The notes: generated by a model not told the origin, from the sequence alone. Positions 8,998 to 22,658 are shown, counted from the first letter of the stretch. The stretch is DNA of 64,000 nucleotides from Gammaproteobacteria bacterium (GCA_033717875.1 JADDKJ010000015.1:285-64284); one strand, 5' to 3'. Made by a program: numbers and translations.

Positions 8998-10776
8998 TCA
9001 ACCAAACACATACGTCACAGACAGATAAGGATTCCAGTTCCCCGTCTTGAATCCATCCGGTTTGTAGAGAGGCGCGCCGAGCGCCGCATCGAATTGCAGC
9101 GTCTTCCATTTGCCGCGCATCCCCAGCGCCGCTCCCGCCAGCCTGTGGCCTATGAGGAAGGCGTCGCTCGCCCCCCATACCCGGCCATGGTCGATGCCAA
9201 GATAGGCGGCCGTATCCACGCCGCGCACCCAGCTCACAGGTGTCGACAGATCATTGCGATGGAAGAAGCCGCTTTCCGCCAGCAGTACGCTGTCGCCATC
9301 AAAGCCGCGCACGCTCCAGCGATGACCGATCGCGATCTGATCCGTCACCAGCGTGGTATCGCCAGTATGTTGGCCGCGTAGCGTGGTGGTGTATTGGAAA
9401 GGCCGACCACTCAGCGTGAACGGCTGGTGGTAGGCGGCGTTCAGCATCCATATCGTGGGGCGCAGAGTCAGCCCCCCTTCGGCGGCGGTCGGCAAATCGT
9501 CCTGGGCATCCCCCCAGGACACGCCGCGCCGATAACCCAGATCGACATCCACGCTGCCACGGCCGAGCAGTTGTCTGGAGGTGATGCCGATCTCGAGATA
9601 GGTGGTGCGCCGGCGTTGAACGATCAGCTCGACATCGTCGAGATAGCTGTTGGCACGGCGGGTGGATACCGCGGCGTATATCCCGAACTTGGCCGATGCC
9701 GTGCGGAACGCGGTGTGATGCGCCCTGGCCTCGGTGATGTCGCTCTTGCCGCTGGACAGGAAACGGGCGGTGGTGCCTTGCACCATCTGCGCAAAGCGGC
9801 TGTGGCTGCGGGTGAGGGTGATCGTGCTGTAGCCGAAGGGAACGCTGTAGCTGCCTCCCAGGCTTTGACTGCGATGATCGGGATCAGGTTGTTCGGTGTT
9901 GCTGCTGGCATTGAGGTTGAGCATGTCGTTCAGGCCCAGGGGATTGTCAAAGGTCGCATAGCCGAAAAGCTGGGTACGGCCGAGCGTGCGGCTGCCCGAG
10001 TTGTCCAGGATGACGCCGCCGCGCACCCGGTCGCTCAGGCGACCGGTCTGGCGCACGAGAGTGACGACGCTGGTGTCGGCGCGCGGCCCCGGCTCAAGAC
10101 GGGTGGTGACAGACTGGCTGGGCAGGCGCTTCATCTGTTCCAGCCCCTGCTCCAGATCGCGGACATTGAGTATGTCGCCCTTGTGCACCGGAAAGGCGTT
10201 GCGCCACGTACCCCAGGACTCATCCGCTGCCATGCCGCCTTCGCGAGCGGGCGGCGTGACCATCCTCACCGCGGCGACACGGCCGACGTGCAAGCGCAAA
10301 ACAAGCCGGCCTTCCTTGAGGTTCTGTTCGGGCAGCGAGACGCGGGAGGTGGCGTAGCCGAATTCGATCAATTTCGCATTGAGCGTGGCGGCGATCTTGC
10401 GCAAGCCTTCGATGCCAGCGCAGCGATGCAAAAAGGGTTGCGCGGTATCCCCCAACCAAGAAAGGGCCTGCGCATCCCCGCTGGTCAGGGCGATTTCATG
10501 GATGACGAAACACGGCGACTCGTCAGGCAGGTCGGTGGACAGGCGCGACGGGATCTCGGGGGTCAAGACATCGGCTTTGGGTTGCAACGGCTGTTGCCGG
10601 AGCCGCTCGCGTTCTTCCTGGCGCCGCAAGCCTTCTTCGGCGACTTGCGGTGAGCTGACAACGGGCGCAAGCTCCGCCGGCGCAGCCTGCGCCAAGTCCG
10701 CGGCAAGCAGCAGGAAGCACGGAACAGCAAAACACCACCATCCTTGGCGCACAAAAAATGCGGCCATGGGTTTCAT
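8998..10776 (-). CDS. ShlB/FhaC/HecB-family two-partner secretion outer-membrane transporter (TpsB)
   Basis: Signal peptide, POTRA motifs (GYATSRV, LNVRDLEQGLEQ), DNSG, IGxRWSVRGFDG loop-6 motif, C-terminal YxF. Confidence 0.95.
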   Translation of the reverse strand: MKPMAAFFVRQGWWCFAVPCFLLLAADLAQAAPAELAPVVSSPQVAEEGLRRQEERERLRQQPLQPKADVLTPEIPSRLSTDLPDESPCFVIHEIALTSGDAQALSWLGDTAQPFLHRCAGIEGLRKIAATLNAKLIEFGYATSRVSLPEQNLKEGRLVLRLHVGRVAAVRMVTPPAREGGMAADESWGTWRNAFPVHKGDILNVRDLEQGLEQMKRLPSQSVTTRLEPGPRADTSVVTLVRQTGRLSDRVRGGVILDNSGSRTLGRTQLFGYATFDNPLGLNDMLNLNASSNTEQPDPDHRSQSLGGSYSVPFGYSTITLTRSHSRFAQMVQGTTARFLSSGKSDITEARAHHTAFRTASAKFGIYAAVSTRRANSYLDDVELIVQRRRTTYLEIGITSRQLLGRGSVDVDLGYRRGVSWGDAQDDLPTAAEGGLTLRPTIWMLNAAYHQPFTLSGRPFQYTTTLRGQHTGDTTLVTDQIAIGHRWSVRGFDGDSVLLAESGFFHRNDLSTPVSWVRGVDTAAYLGIDHGRVWGASDAFLIGHRLAGAALGMRGKWKTLQFDAALGAPLYKPDGFKTGNWNPYLSVTYVFG

Positions 10777-11332
10777 GATGAATTTTTTTCTTACGGCAAG
10801 CCGGTAAACAGCGGCTCGCGTGTGTTATGTGTCTTGCGCCGTCAATGTGACTGAAGAGGCGCTATGGAAACCCCGAGGGAAAGCCGTTCCAGGCTTTTTC
10901 GGGTGCGTTGCATTCCTGTGCGGGAGAAGCCTTGGTGTGCTGAACCACCAAAGCTTCAGATTGAAAACGCGGCGGCGGTCGCCGCATTTAGCAAGATCCG
11001 AAGAGAGTGGCGGCAAGGGATCGTTGCCTGAGCTTGCTGGTCACTTGGCGGCAGACTATAGCGGTGCAAGGCCGCTTGTCAAACGCTGTTCCGGGAGAAG
11101 TGGTCATTGATCCAACATGTTTTATGTGATAAGAGCAGCGGTGGTGGGTGTGTGGCGAAAACCTTGCGCCGTCATTGCTTGCAGGTGCATTACTTTCGAT
11201 TTATAGTCAAAAACGCAGGGATATAGCCCGCCGATCGAGGCGTTTCTGCATCGCCCAGTGTTTTTGGATGGCGGGACGTGGGCCGTTGTATCGTATCAAT
11301 GATGAAACGCACTTAGTCAGGAGATTGCTGTC

Positions 11333-12013
11333 ATGTATAAAAGGATCGCTTCAGTCACCGTCGCCGTAGCCGCCGCATTGGGGATTTGTTATTCGGCCCA
11401 GGCCGCCGAGTTTACCTATGAGGGCACATTTGTCCAGAATGGCAGCAATACGGCTGTCGAGTTTCCGCTTCAGTTTTCCAATGTGCAGCAAAACCAGATC
11501 ACCGCATTTTCCATCCAGAGAAGATCGCAGGGCGCCGGCGGCAGCGTGATCTGGACGGATGTGACGCAGTTGGGTTGCGGCGTGTCGTCGTCGTATGCGC
11601 CGGTTCAGAGTTTTATCGCCAGTTCGGGGGGTGTGAACGGCAATTTTGTTGCCACTTGCGGGGCCGGGGTGAGCGCGGGTGATGTCGCCCGGGTGTCGGT
11701 TACCGTCAACCCGCAGCAGCCGCTGGTGTTGGTGGCGGGACCGCGTTTATTGGCGGCGGGCAGCCTTACCAAATTGAGCTGGTTGCATGGCGGAGGTTAT
11801 TTTCAATGCCAGCCCTATACGCTGAATGGCCAGCACCCGATCTGGAGTCCGGGCAATTTTGGTTTGACGGGGCAGATCACCGCGTCGACGCAAGGTGATA
11901 TCAGTCTGGTGGCGTCATCCTCGCCTAGAACGGTGTCCTTCGCGCTGCAATGCATTGCCTCCACGGGGTTCAACATTCCACCTGTGGCTGTTGTGAACGT
12001 TACCGTAAGGTAA
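11333..12013 (+). CDS. Hypothetical secreted beta-rich protein (two Cys-paired domains, C-terminal Ig-like)
   Basis: AGGAG RBS, Sec signal (AQA/AEF), four Cys in the mature region, C-terminal pattern LSW..C...W...FALQC...VNVTV. Confidence 0.75.
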   Translation: MYKRIASVTVAVAAALGICYSAQAAEFTYEGTFVQNGSNTAVEFPLQFSNVQQNQITAFSIQRRSQGAGGSVIWTDVTQLGCGVSSSYAPVQSFIASSGGVNGNFVATCGAGVSAGDVARVSVTVNPQQPLVLVAGPRLLAAGSLTKLSWLHGGGYFQCQPYTLNGQHPIWSPGNFGLTGQITASTQGDISLVASSSPRTVSFALQCIASTGFNIPPVAVVNVTVR

Positions 12014-12023
12014 GATTAGTTCG

Positions 12024-12058
12024 AGAACCCGTTCAAGGCTTGGCCTTGAGCGGGTTCT
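12024..12058. terminator. Hairpin between convergent genes, probable bidirectional terminator
   Basis: AGAACCCGTTCAAGGC-TTG-GCCTTGAGCGGGTTCT between stop codons at 12013 and 12070. Confidence 0.65.
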
Positions 12059-12069
12059 TGCGTAGACCC

Positions 12070-13968
<1,899 letters not shown>

Positions 13969-14073
13969 GAGTGAAAACCGGAATCAGAGACGGGTGAATA
14001 GAGTGGTGAGAGATGAAATGGTTCCCCGCGAGGAGACGCTTTCTTCGGGTTTAGGGGAGCCTGTCTGCGGCGG

Positions 14074-14577
14074 TCAGCGGATAATACCCACCCCGACGCC
14101 AAAGCGGAATCGCGACGGCGGCGATGGCTGAGGAAGCGGCCAGAGGTGGATTCTGTCCGCTTCCACCACCGGGTAACGATAGGATGTATCGCCAACGCTG
14201 CGCTCCTGGATTTCCTTGACCGTGCCCACCACAGTGATTTCGCGTTTGGGAGCGTAAACCATGGTTTCGAGGTAGCCTGGCTGGCGCAGCAGAAACCGCC
14301 CGATGGCGTCTTTGCCGGTGTCGGGTTCCTGATCCGAGTCAAGTGGGTAGGCGAGTACCGTCAGTTCGGTGTGGTCGGCGGCATTGCGGCTTTCGACGAT
14401 CACGCCGCCCCACAACACCCGGCGGTCGAGGAGGGCGCTATCCTGAGTCACCTGTTGCGGGGTCAGGCGCGTATCCACAGCCCCCAGATCCTGGACGGGA
14501 AAAGGTGGATTGACGGCGCAGCCACTCAGCAGCAGCGCCAACAAGGCCAAGTAAAGCAGGTTATACAAGCGCGTCAT
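14074..14577 (-). CDS. Slp-family outer-membrane lipoprotein
   Basis: Lipobox LSGC, motifs VLWGGVI, GRF, GYLE..Y...REITVVG, YRYPVV...IHLW. ATG overlaps the upstream TGA. Confidence 0.88.
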   Translation of the reverse strand: MTRLYNLLYLALLALLLSGCAVNPPFPVQDLGAVDTRLTPQQVTQDSALLDRRVLWGGVIVESRNAADHTELTVLAYPLDSDQEPDTGKDAIGRFLLRQPGYLETMVYAPKREITVVGTVKEIQERSVGDTSYRYPVVEADRIHLWPLPQPSPPSRFRFGVGVGIIR

Positions 14578-15113
14578 CAGCGATAGTAGCGCGGCGGAGG
14601 CCAGTACCACGGCGAATAGAAAGGATCCCACCAGAAAGGACTCCAGAAGAAAGGATCGCGGTAGGGAACATAAACGATATTGGGTTCCTTGGGCCACAGA
14701 TAGACGGCATCCACGGCAACGCGCGGAAACGGGTACGGAAAGTCGCCCACCCTGCCGGGTTCAACACCACGGACTTCCCCGGTCACCGTCACCTCCCGGC
14801 CTGCGGCATAGAGCGCCGGGTCATAAAAACCCTGCGCGCAGCCGATGAAACGCCCCAGCGTCCGGTCATCGCGTACCGGCCGCGCTTCCTTGTCGAGCGG
14901 GAGGGCCAGGATGCGGAAACAGGTCTCCTGTTCCTTCGGAGTGGTGTCGACAATCACCCCGCCCCAGCGTACTCGTTGCCCTTCCGGGGTTCCCGTCTGG
15001 ATTTCTTGGGGGGTGGCGGGAGAGAAAGAACCCTTGTTGAGCGCGGCGGGCGGCACGGTGGCGCATCCTCCGAGCAACAGGCCAAGCAGAAATAGCGGAA
15101 GCCAGCGAAACAT
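14577..15113 (-). CDS. Slp-family outer-membrane lipoprotein (tandem paralogue)
   Basis: Lipobox LGGC, VRWGGVI, GRF, GFYDPALY..GREVTVTG, Pro/Trp/Tyr-rich tail. Confidence 0.9.
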   Translation of the reverse strand: MFRWLPLFLLGLLLGGCATVPPAALNKGSFSPATPQEIQTGTPEGQRVRWGGVIVDTTPKEQETCFRILALPLDKEARPVRDDRTLGRFIGCAQGFYDPALYAAGREVTVTGEVRGVEPGRVGDFPYPFPRVAVDAVYLWPKEPNIVYVPYRDPFFWSPFWWDPFYSPWYWPPPRYYR

Positions 15114-15243
15114 GACGGATTCCTGTTCGAGCCGGATAAACTCCATTCTATTGTAGCGGGCTCTTCGTTGAAAAGGGAGGGGTGTCTTTGGCGCTGCAAC
15201 TCATTGAACCTAAAAACGGTGGTTGGAGCCTACTGCGAATGCC

Positions 15244-16368
15244 TATTGATCCGGCCAGTTGAAGTTTGAAGTTTTCATGCTGCATATTTCACACGAGCAT
15301 CCTGAAAGTATTTTTTGACACGCTCAGGTGATTTCTCCAAGGTCTGCATGTGCTCCGTTGTTGCAGCTTTCAGTTTTGCCTTGGTGCGTACCGGAACTTT
15401 TGTATAAATGGCTTGCTTCAAATCTGCATTAAGCCGCTCTTCCGGGTTTAGCTCCGGGCTGTAGCTGGGCAGGTAAAACAACTCGATCTTGTCTTTACGT
15501 TCTTCAACCCAAGTCTTGACCGGCTTGCTGTGATGCACACGCAAATTATCGAGAATCAGAAATACCTTCTTCGCCGCATCTTTGATTAACGCTTCCAGAA
15601 ACTCGATCAATTTGTCCGAGTTTAAGGCCTCATCAATAATCATCCAGCGAGTTTTGCCCTGATTGGTGACGGTGGCGATCATCGACAGTTTCTGGCGGGT
15701 GCCGCCCACCGCAAAGGTCACCGGTGTTTTCCCAGCCGGGGCGTAGCTGCGACCGCGCACATCGGTGTTCACTACCGCCGTCTCGTCGCCCCAGTGAATC
15801 TCGGCACCCTCGGCCTTGGCGCGTTTCTCAATGGCGGGGTATTCCTCGTCCAGCCAGTTCTGCACGGCCTCCGGGCGTTGCTCGTAAGCCTTCTTGATCG
15901 GCTTTTGCGGGGTGAACCCCCAGCGCTTGAGGTAATTGCCAATACCCCGCACCGATAGCTTGATTCCGTATTCGCGCTCAATCAACTGCATGACGGCAGC
16001 CCGGTTCCACAGTGCACATTCCATCTTCAGTTGCTCCGGCCGTTTGTCGCAGATGATTTGCCGAACCAACCGCTCTTGCTCATCCGTCAGGTGGCGGCCT
16101 TCGCCACCTTGTCTGCCGCGCGGCGTGGGCTTGATCGTTCCGGCTCCGCCCTGTTCATAGCGGTCAATGATGCCGCGCACGGTCGGGTAGGAAAGCCCAC
16201 TCAGCTCAACGATGCGCATCACGCCCATCCCTTTGCGATGCAATCGCACGACCTGCTTACGCCGCTCGTGCAACCGCTCCAATGTCTGAAATCTTGCATC
16301 TTCTTTGTCCATGTATATCTGACTGAGGCGCACGACAAAAATTCAATCTTCATCGTGCCGAGTCTATA
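15244..16368 (-). mobile_element. IS630-family insertion sequence with TA target duplication
   Basis: Imperfect terminal IRs TA-TTGATCCGGCCAGTTGAAG and (reverse complement) TA-TAGACTCGGCACGATGAAG enclose the transposase. Confidence 0.9.
15275..16312 (-). CDS. IS630-family transposase
   Basis: HTH N-terminus, WGDET, LILDNLRVH, YLPSYSPELNPEE DDE motifs. Start probably MDKEDAR. Confidence 0.95.
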   Translation of the reverse strand: MDKEDARFQTLERLHERRKQVVRLHRKGMGVMRIVELSGLSYPTVRGIIDRYEQGGAGTIKPTPRGRQGGEGRHLTDEQERLVRQIICDKRPEQLKMECALWNRAAVMQLIEREYGIKLSVRGIGNYLKRWGFTPQKPIKKAYEQRPEAVQNWLDEEYPAIEKRAKAEGAEIHWGDETAVVNTDVRGRSYAPAGKTPVTFAVGGTRQKLSMIATVTNQGKTRWMIIDEALNSDKLIEFLEALIKDAAKKVFLILDNLRVHHSKPVKTWVEERKDKIELFYLPSYSPELNPEERLNADLKQAIYTKVPVRTKAKLKAATTEHMQTLEKSPERVKKYFQDARVKYAA

Positions 16369-16682
16369 ATGCACCGAATCTGCGCGAGAAAATCGCAAAA
16401 TCTATCCTCACCGTTTTGCCGGAAGCAAAACGGGACAGCCGCTGGCTGCCCGGAGGGCATACGCCATGGAAGGCGTATGTCACGGTAGCGGATGGCTACG
16501 GCTGCGGAATATTTTGCGATTTTCTCGCCCATCTTCAGCGCCTTAATCATTCTCGCTACGGTTCCAACCACCGTTTTTAGGTTGAAAAACAGCTTGTGTG
16601 CTTCGCACGCCTGGCGGGTTATGCGAAAAAACGCTAACCCGCCCTGCATTTATCGCTTGATTGGCAGCCGATTCGCCCCGGC

Positions 16683-19600
16683 TCAGGCAGACTCCCTGCG
16701 ATATGCCGGTATCCTTGGTTTGACAGGGTGTCTGAGCAAGGTGTTTTTCAGTTCCCATTGCTCTTTTTCGTTTGTTGAGTCGAGGAACCGGATTTCTCCC
16801 GCGATCTGTATGGCCACGGGTATGCCATCGCGATACAGCACGCGGTTTCCGGCCAGGGCGGGGACTTTGGGGCCGGGGGTGATGATGCCGGCGAGATTGA
16901 GGGGGTCGGCGCCGGACAGGGTGATGGTAATCCCGTTGCCGGGTTGGCGGCGGATGTCGCGCAGCGAGCCGACGGCTTCGGGCAGGGCGTATTGTTCGCC
17001 GGAGAATCCGGCGACGAAGCGTCCGCCGCGGATTTCGCCGCGGGCTTCGAGGCGGCGGTAGGTCCAGAGCAGTTCGCGCCAAGGTGGCAACCAGGTGGCT
17101 TCGCGTTCCAGCAGTTTGCGGAATACCACGCCGTAGCGGCGCAGCAGGGCGCGGGCGATGAACTCCACGGTATCGGGGTCGTGTCCGGCGCTGGCCCAGG
17201 GGCGGGGTTGCGGGTTTGGCGCGTGCGCTGTGCCGTTGCGTTTGAGCAGACCCCAGCGCCCGGCATCGGCAAGGCCTGAGGCGAGGCCGCGGCGCCGACT
17301 GGCGAGCGGGCGGCGCTTGTCGGCGGGGGTGAGCAGCGCGCGCAGGCCGCTGAAGCCGTCGGCGCTGACCCGGCCTGCCGCCACCAGTTCGCCGAGCGCG
17401 TCTTCCAGTTGCGAGGGCAGCAGCCGCACGCCGCCGGCGAGTTCGTCGAAGAACGAGGCGCCGTGGGCGGCAAGGTATTCCGCCACGGTTCGCGCCGGGG
17501 GCGACAGGCCCGTCAGGTCGTCGCTCCGTTCCCCGGCCAGTTCGTTCCAGAGGCCAAGATGGCGGCGGCTGAGCAGGGCGATGGGCGTGGTGCGTACCGG
17601 GCCGCCGCCCGAGTCCTTGCTCGCCGCGCGCGGGGTGAGGCGCGCCCAGACCGCGCGGCCCGATAGGCATAGACTATCAAGCCAGCCAGGATCATAGTCA
17701 TTGAGACGGCAAGGCAGGATATCCGCTTCCCACGCTACGGCCTGGGTCTCGAAGCCTTCGAGTTGTTCGATGACGGCGGTCAGAGCTTCGGGACCTTCGC
17801 CGCGCAGTTCGGGTTCCAGGCGCTGCCAGTGGAACAGGAAGCGCATGAAGTCGGCGCTGCTGACGGGCTCGATCTCCTGACGCAGACGTTTGAGGGTGTA
17901 GCGGTGGATACGTGCCAGCAGGCGGCGTTCGCACCACTCGGTGTCGGTCGTGCCGGGCGTGAACTGGCCGCGCAGCGCGAAGCCTTCGCCTTCGAGGGCC
18001 AGCAGCGCGGCGTCGATGTCGCGTTCGGACAGGCCCAGCGGTGCGGCCAGCGACGCCGCCGTGACCGGCCCCAAGCCTTCGAGCCGCCCGCGCACGATCT
18101 CGATCAGCGCTGTTTCGCGATCCCAGTCCTGTGCGAGGTATTCGGGCGGCGCGGTGATGACGGGCTCAAGGCGCATCGGGCCGAACACGGCCTGGAATTG
18201 CTGCAGGCGCTCCACCGCGATCCAGAGTGCGGCCTGATGTCGCGCGTCGAGTATCACTGTGGCGCGGCCTGTCTGCGTCAGCGCTTGCATGTAAGTTTGC
18301 CAGCGTTCTCCTTCCCGCGCGGTGACAAAACCCAGCACCACCAGTGCATCGTGCAGCTCGTCGGCATGTGTGACCTCCGGCCATACCTCGTCGCGCACGC
18401 GCTGGATGGCGTCGGGATCGAGCTGGCCGAGGTCGGACGCGCTCTCGGGATCGAGCCAGCGGCGCGCCATCACCGCCTGGGTGCGCCGCTCTTCCAGCGG
18501 TGCGTCGTCCAGGAAGGTATAGGGGCGCGCGGTGAGGATCTCCTGCGCCAAAGGCGAGGGCGTGGGCAGGTCGCGCGCCACGGCGCGGATCTCGCCGCGT
18601 TCCAGTGCGGCGAGCAGTCGTTCCAGGCCCTCGATGTCCATCGCCTCGTGCAGGCAGTCATCGATGGTCTGGCGCACCAGCGGGTGGTCGGGGATCTCGC
18701 GGTCGCCGACGATGTTTTCCAGGCAGGCGCGCTGGTCGGGGAAGACCAGACCGACCAGATCCTCGGCGAACATGCGCTGCAATTGCGGCGGGGTTTTCTT
18801 GCCGCCGCGAAAGCGTGGCAGCGCCAGGGCGGTGGTGGCGTTCCAGCGCCAGCGCGTGGTGAACATCGGCGCGTCGAGCAGCGCCTGCACCAGCAGCGGA
18901 CGCACCGTTTTTGCATTCAGGTAGCGCGCCACTTCGTCGAGCGGAAAGCTGTGCGTGGCGGTGAGCGACAGCACGATGGCGTCTTCGCTCGCCGCCGCCT
19001 GGAGTTCGAAATTGAAGTTGCGGCAAAAGCGCTTGCGCAGACTCAGTCCCCAAGCGCGGTTGAGGCGCGAGCCGTAGGGCGAGTGGACGATGAGCTGCAT
19101 GCCGCCGGATTCGTCGAAGAAACGCTCCAGCACGATCGTTTCCTGGCTGGGCATGGCGCCGAGCATGGCGTGCGCGGCGGCGAGATATTCGACGATCTGC
19201 ACGGCGGCGGCTCCGACGATGCCGATTTCCTGTACCAGCCACAGCAGGACGTGGTCGGCGGAGATGTTCAGCAGCTCGGTCAGTTCGGTGCGCAGCCGCG
19301 ACACGGCGCGCGACAGCTCGTCGCTGCGGCCGGGCGCCTCGCCGATCCAGAACGGGATGGTCGGCGGCTGGCCCTTGGCGTCTTCCACCCGTACCTTGCC
19401 GGCTTCGATGCGCAGGATGCGGTAGGAATGGTTGCCGAGCTGGAAGATGTCGCCCGCCATGCTCTCCACGGCGAAGTCCTCGTTGAGGGTGCCAATGAAC
19501 TGGCTTTCGGGTTCCAGGATCACCTGGTAATCGGCATTGTCGGGGATGGTGCCGCCCGAAGTGAGCGCGGTGAGGCGCGCGCCGCGCCGGGGGCGCAGTT

Positions 19601-21041
19601 GCCGGTTCACGCTGTCGCGGTGCAGCCAGGCGGAGCGTCGCCCGCGGCGGGTCGTGAAACCCTCGCTGAGCATGTGCACCAGAGCATCGAAATCGGCACG
19701 CGGCAGGTCGCGGTAGGGCCAGGCGCGGCACAGCCGGCCATAGAGTGCGTCTTCCTGCCATTCGCGGCTGGCGACTTCGGCGACGATCTGCTGCGCCAGC
19801 ACGTCCAGCGGCCGTTGCGGAATGATCAGCCGGTCCAGCTCGCCGCGCCGCACCGCATCGAGCAACGCCGCGCATTCCACCAGATCGTCGCGGCTCAAGG
19901 GGAACAGTCTGCCCTTGGGTGTGCCGCCCAGGCTGTGACCGGAGCGCCCCACGCGCTGCAAAAAAGCCGCAATGCTGCGCGGTGAGCCGAGCTGGCAGAC
20001 CAGATCGACATCGCCGATGTCGATGCCCAGTTCCAGCGAGGCGGTCGCCACCAACGCGCGCAGTGAACCTTGTTTGAGGCGCTGCTCGGCATCCAGGCGC
20101 TGCTCGCGCGACAGGCTGCCGTGGTGCGAGGTGACGTGTTCCTCGCCCAGCCGCTCGGACAGATGCCGCGTGACGCGCTCGGCCATGCGGCGGGTGTTGA
20201 CGAAGATCAGCGTCGTGCGGTGGTCGTGGATCAGTTCGGCGAGGCGGTCGTAGATCTGCTCCCACACCTCGGCGGCCATCACGGCTTCGAGCGGCGAGCC
20301 CGGCACGACGAGGGCGAGGTCACGCTGGCGGACGTGGCCGGAGTCGATGATGGCGCAATCGACGGTTGAACCTTGGGCGACGGCTTCCCCGCCCGTCAGA
20401 AAGCGCGCCACGTCCTCGATGGGCCGCTGTGTCGCCGACAGGCCGATGCGTACCAGCCGCCGCTCGGTCAACGCTTCCAGCCGTTCCAGCGACAAGGCCA
20501 GGTGTGCGCCACGTTTGTTCGGGGCGAGGGCGTGGATCTCGTCCACGATCACGGTGCGCACGCTCTTGAGCATGTCGCGCCCGCTTTCGCTGGTGAGCAA
20601 CACATAAAGCGACTCCGGCGTCGTCACCGCGATATGCGGCGGGCGGCGGCGCATCGCCAGCCGTTCGCCCGGTGGTGTGTCGCCGGTGCGCACTACGGTA
20701 CGGATCTCCACTTCGGGCAGGCCCAGCGCCGCCAGTTCCTCGCGTATTCCTGCGAGCGGAATTTCCAGATTCTTGTGAATGTCGTTGCTCAACGCCTTGA
20801 GCGGTGAGATGTAGACCACCTGCGTCTCGTCCCGCAACTGGCCGGCCAGCCCCTGGCGCAGCAGTGCATCGATGGCGGCGAGAAACGCCGCCAGTGTCTT
20901 GCCCGAGCCGGTGGGCGCGGCGATCAGCGTATGTCTGTCCGCCATGATCTGCGGCCAGGCTTCGGCCTGCGGCAGGGTGGGGGCGCCGAAGGTCTTGCTG
21001 AACCAGCCCGCCACGGCGGGATGGAAGCGGTCGAGAGTCAT
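16683..21041 (-). CDS. lhr: Full-length Lhr-family SF2 (DEAH) helicase with C-terminal extension
   Basis: [53 protein letters not shown]-terminal LLRRYGVV...[12 protein letters not shown]. Confidence 0.92.
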   Translation of the reverse strand: MTLDRFHPAVAGWFSKTFGAPTLPQAEAWPQIMADRHTLIAAPTGSGKTLAAFLAAIDALLRQGLAGQLRDETQVVYISPLKALSNDIHKNLEIPLAGIREELAALGLPEVEIRTVVRTGDTPPGERLAMRRRPPHIAVTTPESLYVLLTSESGRDMLKSVRTVIVDEIHALAPNKRGAHLALSLERLEALTERRLVRIGLSATQRPIEDVARFLTGGEAVAQGSTVDCAIIDSGHVRQRDLALVVPGSPLEAVMAAEVWEQIYDRLAELIHDHRTTLIFVNTRRMAERVTRHLSERLGEEHVTSHHGSLSREQRLDAEQRLKQGSLRALVATASLELGIDIGDVDLVCQLGSPRSIAAFLQRVGRSGHSLGGTPKGRLFPLSRDDLVECAALLDAVRRGELDRLIIPQRPLDVLAQQIVAEVASREWQEDALYGRLCRAWPYRDLPRADFDALVHMLSEGFTTRRGRRSAWLHRDSVNRQLRPRRGARLTALTSGGTIPDNADYQVILEPESQFIGTLNEDFAVESMAGDIFQLGNHSYRILRIEAGKVRVEDAKGQPPTIPFWIGEAPGRSDELSRAVSRLRTELTELLNISADHVLLWLVQEIGIVGAAAVQIVEYLAAAHAMLGAMPSQETIVLERFFDESGGMQLIVHSPYGSRLNRAWGLSLRKRFCRNFNFELQAAASEDAIVLSLTATHSFPLDEVARYLNAKTVRPLLVQALLDAPMFTTRWRWNATTALALPRFRGGKKTPPQLQRMFAEDLVGLVFPDQRACLENIVGDREIPDHPLVRQTIDDCLHEAMDIEGLERLLAALERGEIRAVARDLPTPSPLAQEILTARPYTFLDDAPLEERRTQAVMARRWLDPESASDLGQLDPDAIQRVRDEVWPEVTHADELHDALVVLGFVTAREGERWQTYMQALTQTGRATVILDARHQAALWIAVERLQQFQAVFGPMRLEPVITAPPEYLAQDWDRETALIEIVRGRLEGLGPVTAASLAAPLGLSERDIDAALLALEGEGFALRGQFTPGTTDTEWCERRLLARIHRYTLKRLRQEIEPVSSADFMRFLFHWQRLEPELRGEGPEALTAVIEQLEGFETQAVAWEADILPCRLNDYDPGWLDSLCLSGRAVWARLTPRAASKDSGGGPVRTTPIALLSRRHLGLWNELAGERSDDLTGLSPPARTVAEYLAAHGASFFDELAGGVRLLPSQLEDALGELVAAGRVSADGFSGLRALLTPADKRRPLASRRRGLASGLADAGRWGLLKRNGTAHAPNPQPRPWASAGHDPDTVEFIARALLRRYGVVFRKLLEREATWLPPWRELLWTYRRLEARGEIRGGRFVAGFSGEQYALPEAVGSLRDIRRQPGNGITITLSGADPLNLAGIITPGPKVPALAGNRVLYRDGIPVAIQIAGEIRFLDSTNEKEQWELKNTLLRHPVKPRIPAYRRESA

Positions 21042-21234
21042 AGAGTTAACGGCGTGGTGGCCGGTGTGAGTAGGCGGGTTGTGAACCCGCCGGGTGATCC
21101 TGAACCATCATTTTGAATCTTCGGCCGGTTTTGCGCAAGAGCAGGGGGAAGAGGACGCGATATGTAAGCTATCTGTAATCCAGCGCATGTCATAACAACA
21201 TTTTAATAGTTTACACATGCAACCGGGGGGATCA

Positions 21235-21723
21235 ATGAAACTGACACTCTACACCGACTACACCCTGCGGGTACTCATTCATCTGGGCGCGCATTCTGGC
21301 CGGAAAATCACCATCCAGGAATTGGCCGAGCAGCTTCGCGTGTCGCACAATCATCTGATGAAGGTGGTGAACAACCTGGTGCGCAACGGTTTCGTGCGTG
21401 GCGTGCGCGGAAAAAAAGGCGGTGTCATGCTCGATCGCCCGCCGGAAACCATTTCCATCGGTTCGGTGGTGCGGCTCACTGAAACCATGACGCTGGCCGA
21501 GTGTTTCGATGCGCCGGGCAACACCTGCGCGATGTCCTCGAATTGCAAGCTGAAAGGGGTGTTGCAGGATGCGGCCGAGGACTTCATGCGACGCTTCGAT
21601 AGCTGCTTTCTCGTCGATTTGCTGCCGGATGTGTCGCCATTGCCGGACGCGCGAGGTATTTCGCAAGGCGGCGTGCATCTGCTGCGGCGTATGGAACGGA
21701 GTCTGGCTACGGCGACGCCATAG
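21235..21723 (+). CDS. Rrf2-family transcriptional regulator, NsrR-like Fe-S sensor
   Basis: TDYTLRVLIHL, HLMKVV..L...G, RGKKGG, three Cys (ECF..NTC.....C). Confidence 0.88.
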   Translation: MKLTLYTDYTLRVLIHLGAHSGRKITIQELAEQLRVSHNHLMKVVNNLVRNGFVRGVRGKKGGVMLDRPPETISIGSVVRLTETMTLAECFDAPGNTCAMSSNCKLKGVLQDAAEDFMRRFDSCFLVDLLPDVSPLPDARGISQGGVHLLRRMERSLATATP

Positions 21724-21785
21724 AAGGCCTTATAATTTTTTTCGGGCGATGTAAAAAAACCGACGATCAGCGGACCGCGTTATTC

Positions 21786-22658
21786 TTATTGCGCCAGAAA
21801 TAAAGCCGGGTCAACACGCGCATTATTCAGGCTCACGCTCCAGTGCAGATGCGGCCCGGTGGCGCGGCCGGTCGAGCCCACCGTGCCGATGACCGCGCCG
21901 CGCGCCACGCGTTGGCCGGGCTGGACGGCGATGTTGCTCAAATGGCAATACATGGTGATCAACCCCTGGCCGTGGTCGAGGAACACGGTGTTGCCGTTGA
22001 AAAAATAATCCCCGGTGACGATCACCGTGCCGTCCGCCGGGGCGCGGACCGCCGCGCCGGTGGGGGCGGCGATGTCCAGGCCGCTGTGGGGGTTGCGTGG
22101 TTGGCCGTTGAAGAAGCGCCGCAGGCCGAACGGGCTGGACAGGGGGCCGTCCGCCGGCCGCTGGAAATCGAGCGCCACATCGCGCCGATCGCTCCACTGC
22201 GCGAATGCGGCCTTGATTTCCGCGGCCTCTTTTTCGATGCGTATCAAATCCTCCGGCGGTGGCTCGACCTTGCGCTGGTCCTTGAGCGTTATGCGCTGCA
22301 CGGCGTATTCCTTGTCGCCCACGGTGAAAGAAAGGTTTTCCCGTTCACCCGATGCGGATTGCACATGCAGCGTCTGCCTGCCCGGCGGTGTTTCCAGCGG
22401 AATGCCGACGACGGCGATCCACTTCGCCTCCTCGGCAACCACCAGCACGCGCTGTTCGTTGTAGTAAGCAAGCGGCGGCGTGGAGAGGTTTTCCTGAGCG
22501 ATGCGCGTCCACGCGTCCGCTTCAGGCGCGAGGTGCTTCGGCAGCGTGACGAGAGCGACGCCTCCGGGAACAGCTTCGGCGCGCGGCAAGGGGCCTGCCA
22601 TGAGTAGTACGGGGAAGGCGCACAAGGCGAGCAGCAGTGCGCGGGCGTATCTATTCAT
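21786..22658 (-). CDS. M23-family metalloendopeptidase
   Basis: HSGLD, YCHL, GRATGPHLHW motifs. ATG overlaps the xseA stop (ATGA). Confidence 0.93.
   Translation of the reverse strand: MNRYARALLLALCAFPVLLMAGPLPRAEAVPGGVALVTLPKHLAPEADAWTRIAQENLSTPPLAYYNEQRVLVVAEEAKWIAVVGIPLETPPGRQTLHVQSASGERENLSFTVGDKEYAVQRITLKDQRKVEPPPEDLIRIEKEAAEIKAAFAQWSDRRDVALDFQRPADGPLSSPFGLRRFFNGQPRNPHSGLDIAAPTGAAVRAPADGTVIVTGDYFFNGNTVFLDHGQGLITMYCHLSNIAVQPGQRVARGAVIGTVGSTGRATGPHLHWSVSLNNARVDPALFLAQ

Noticed and set aside
14074-15113. Tandem Slp lipoprotein pair as a novelty
   Set aside because: Paired Slp genes are common in gammaproteobacteria.
16683-21723. Lhr helicase plus Rrf2 regulator as a possible defence or novel system
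   Set aside because: Ordinary full-length Lhr among housekeeping genes with no nuclease or effector partner. The divergent Rrf2 gene shows no evident functional link, and I found no convincing NsrR box.
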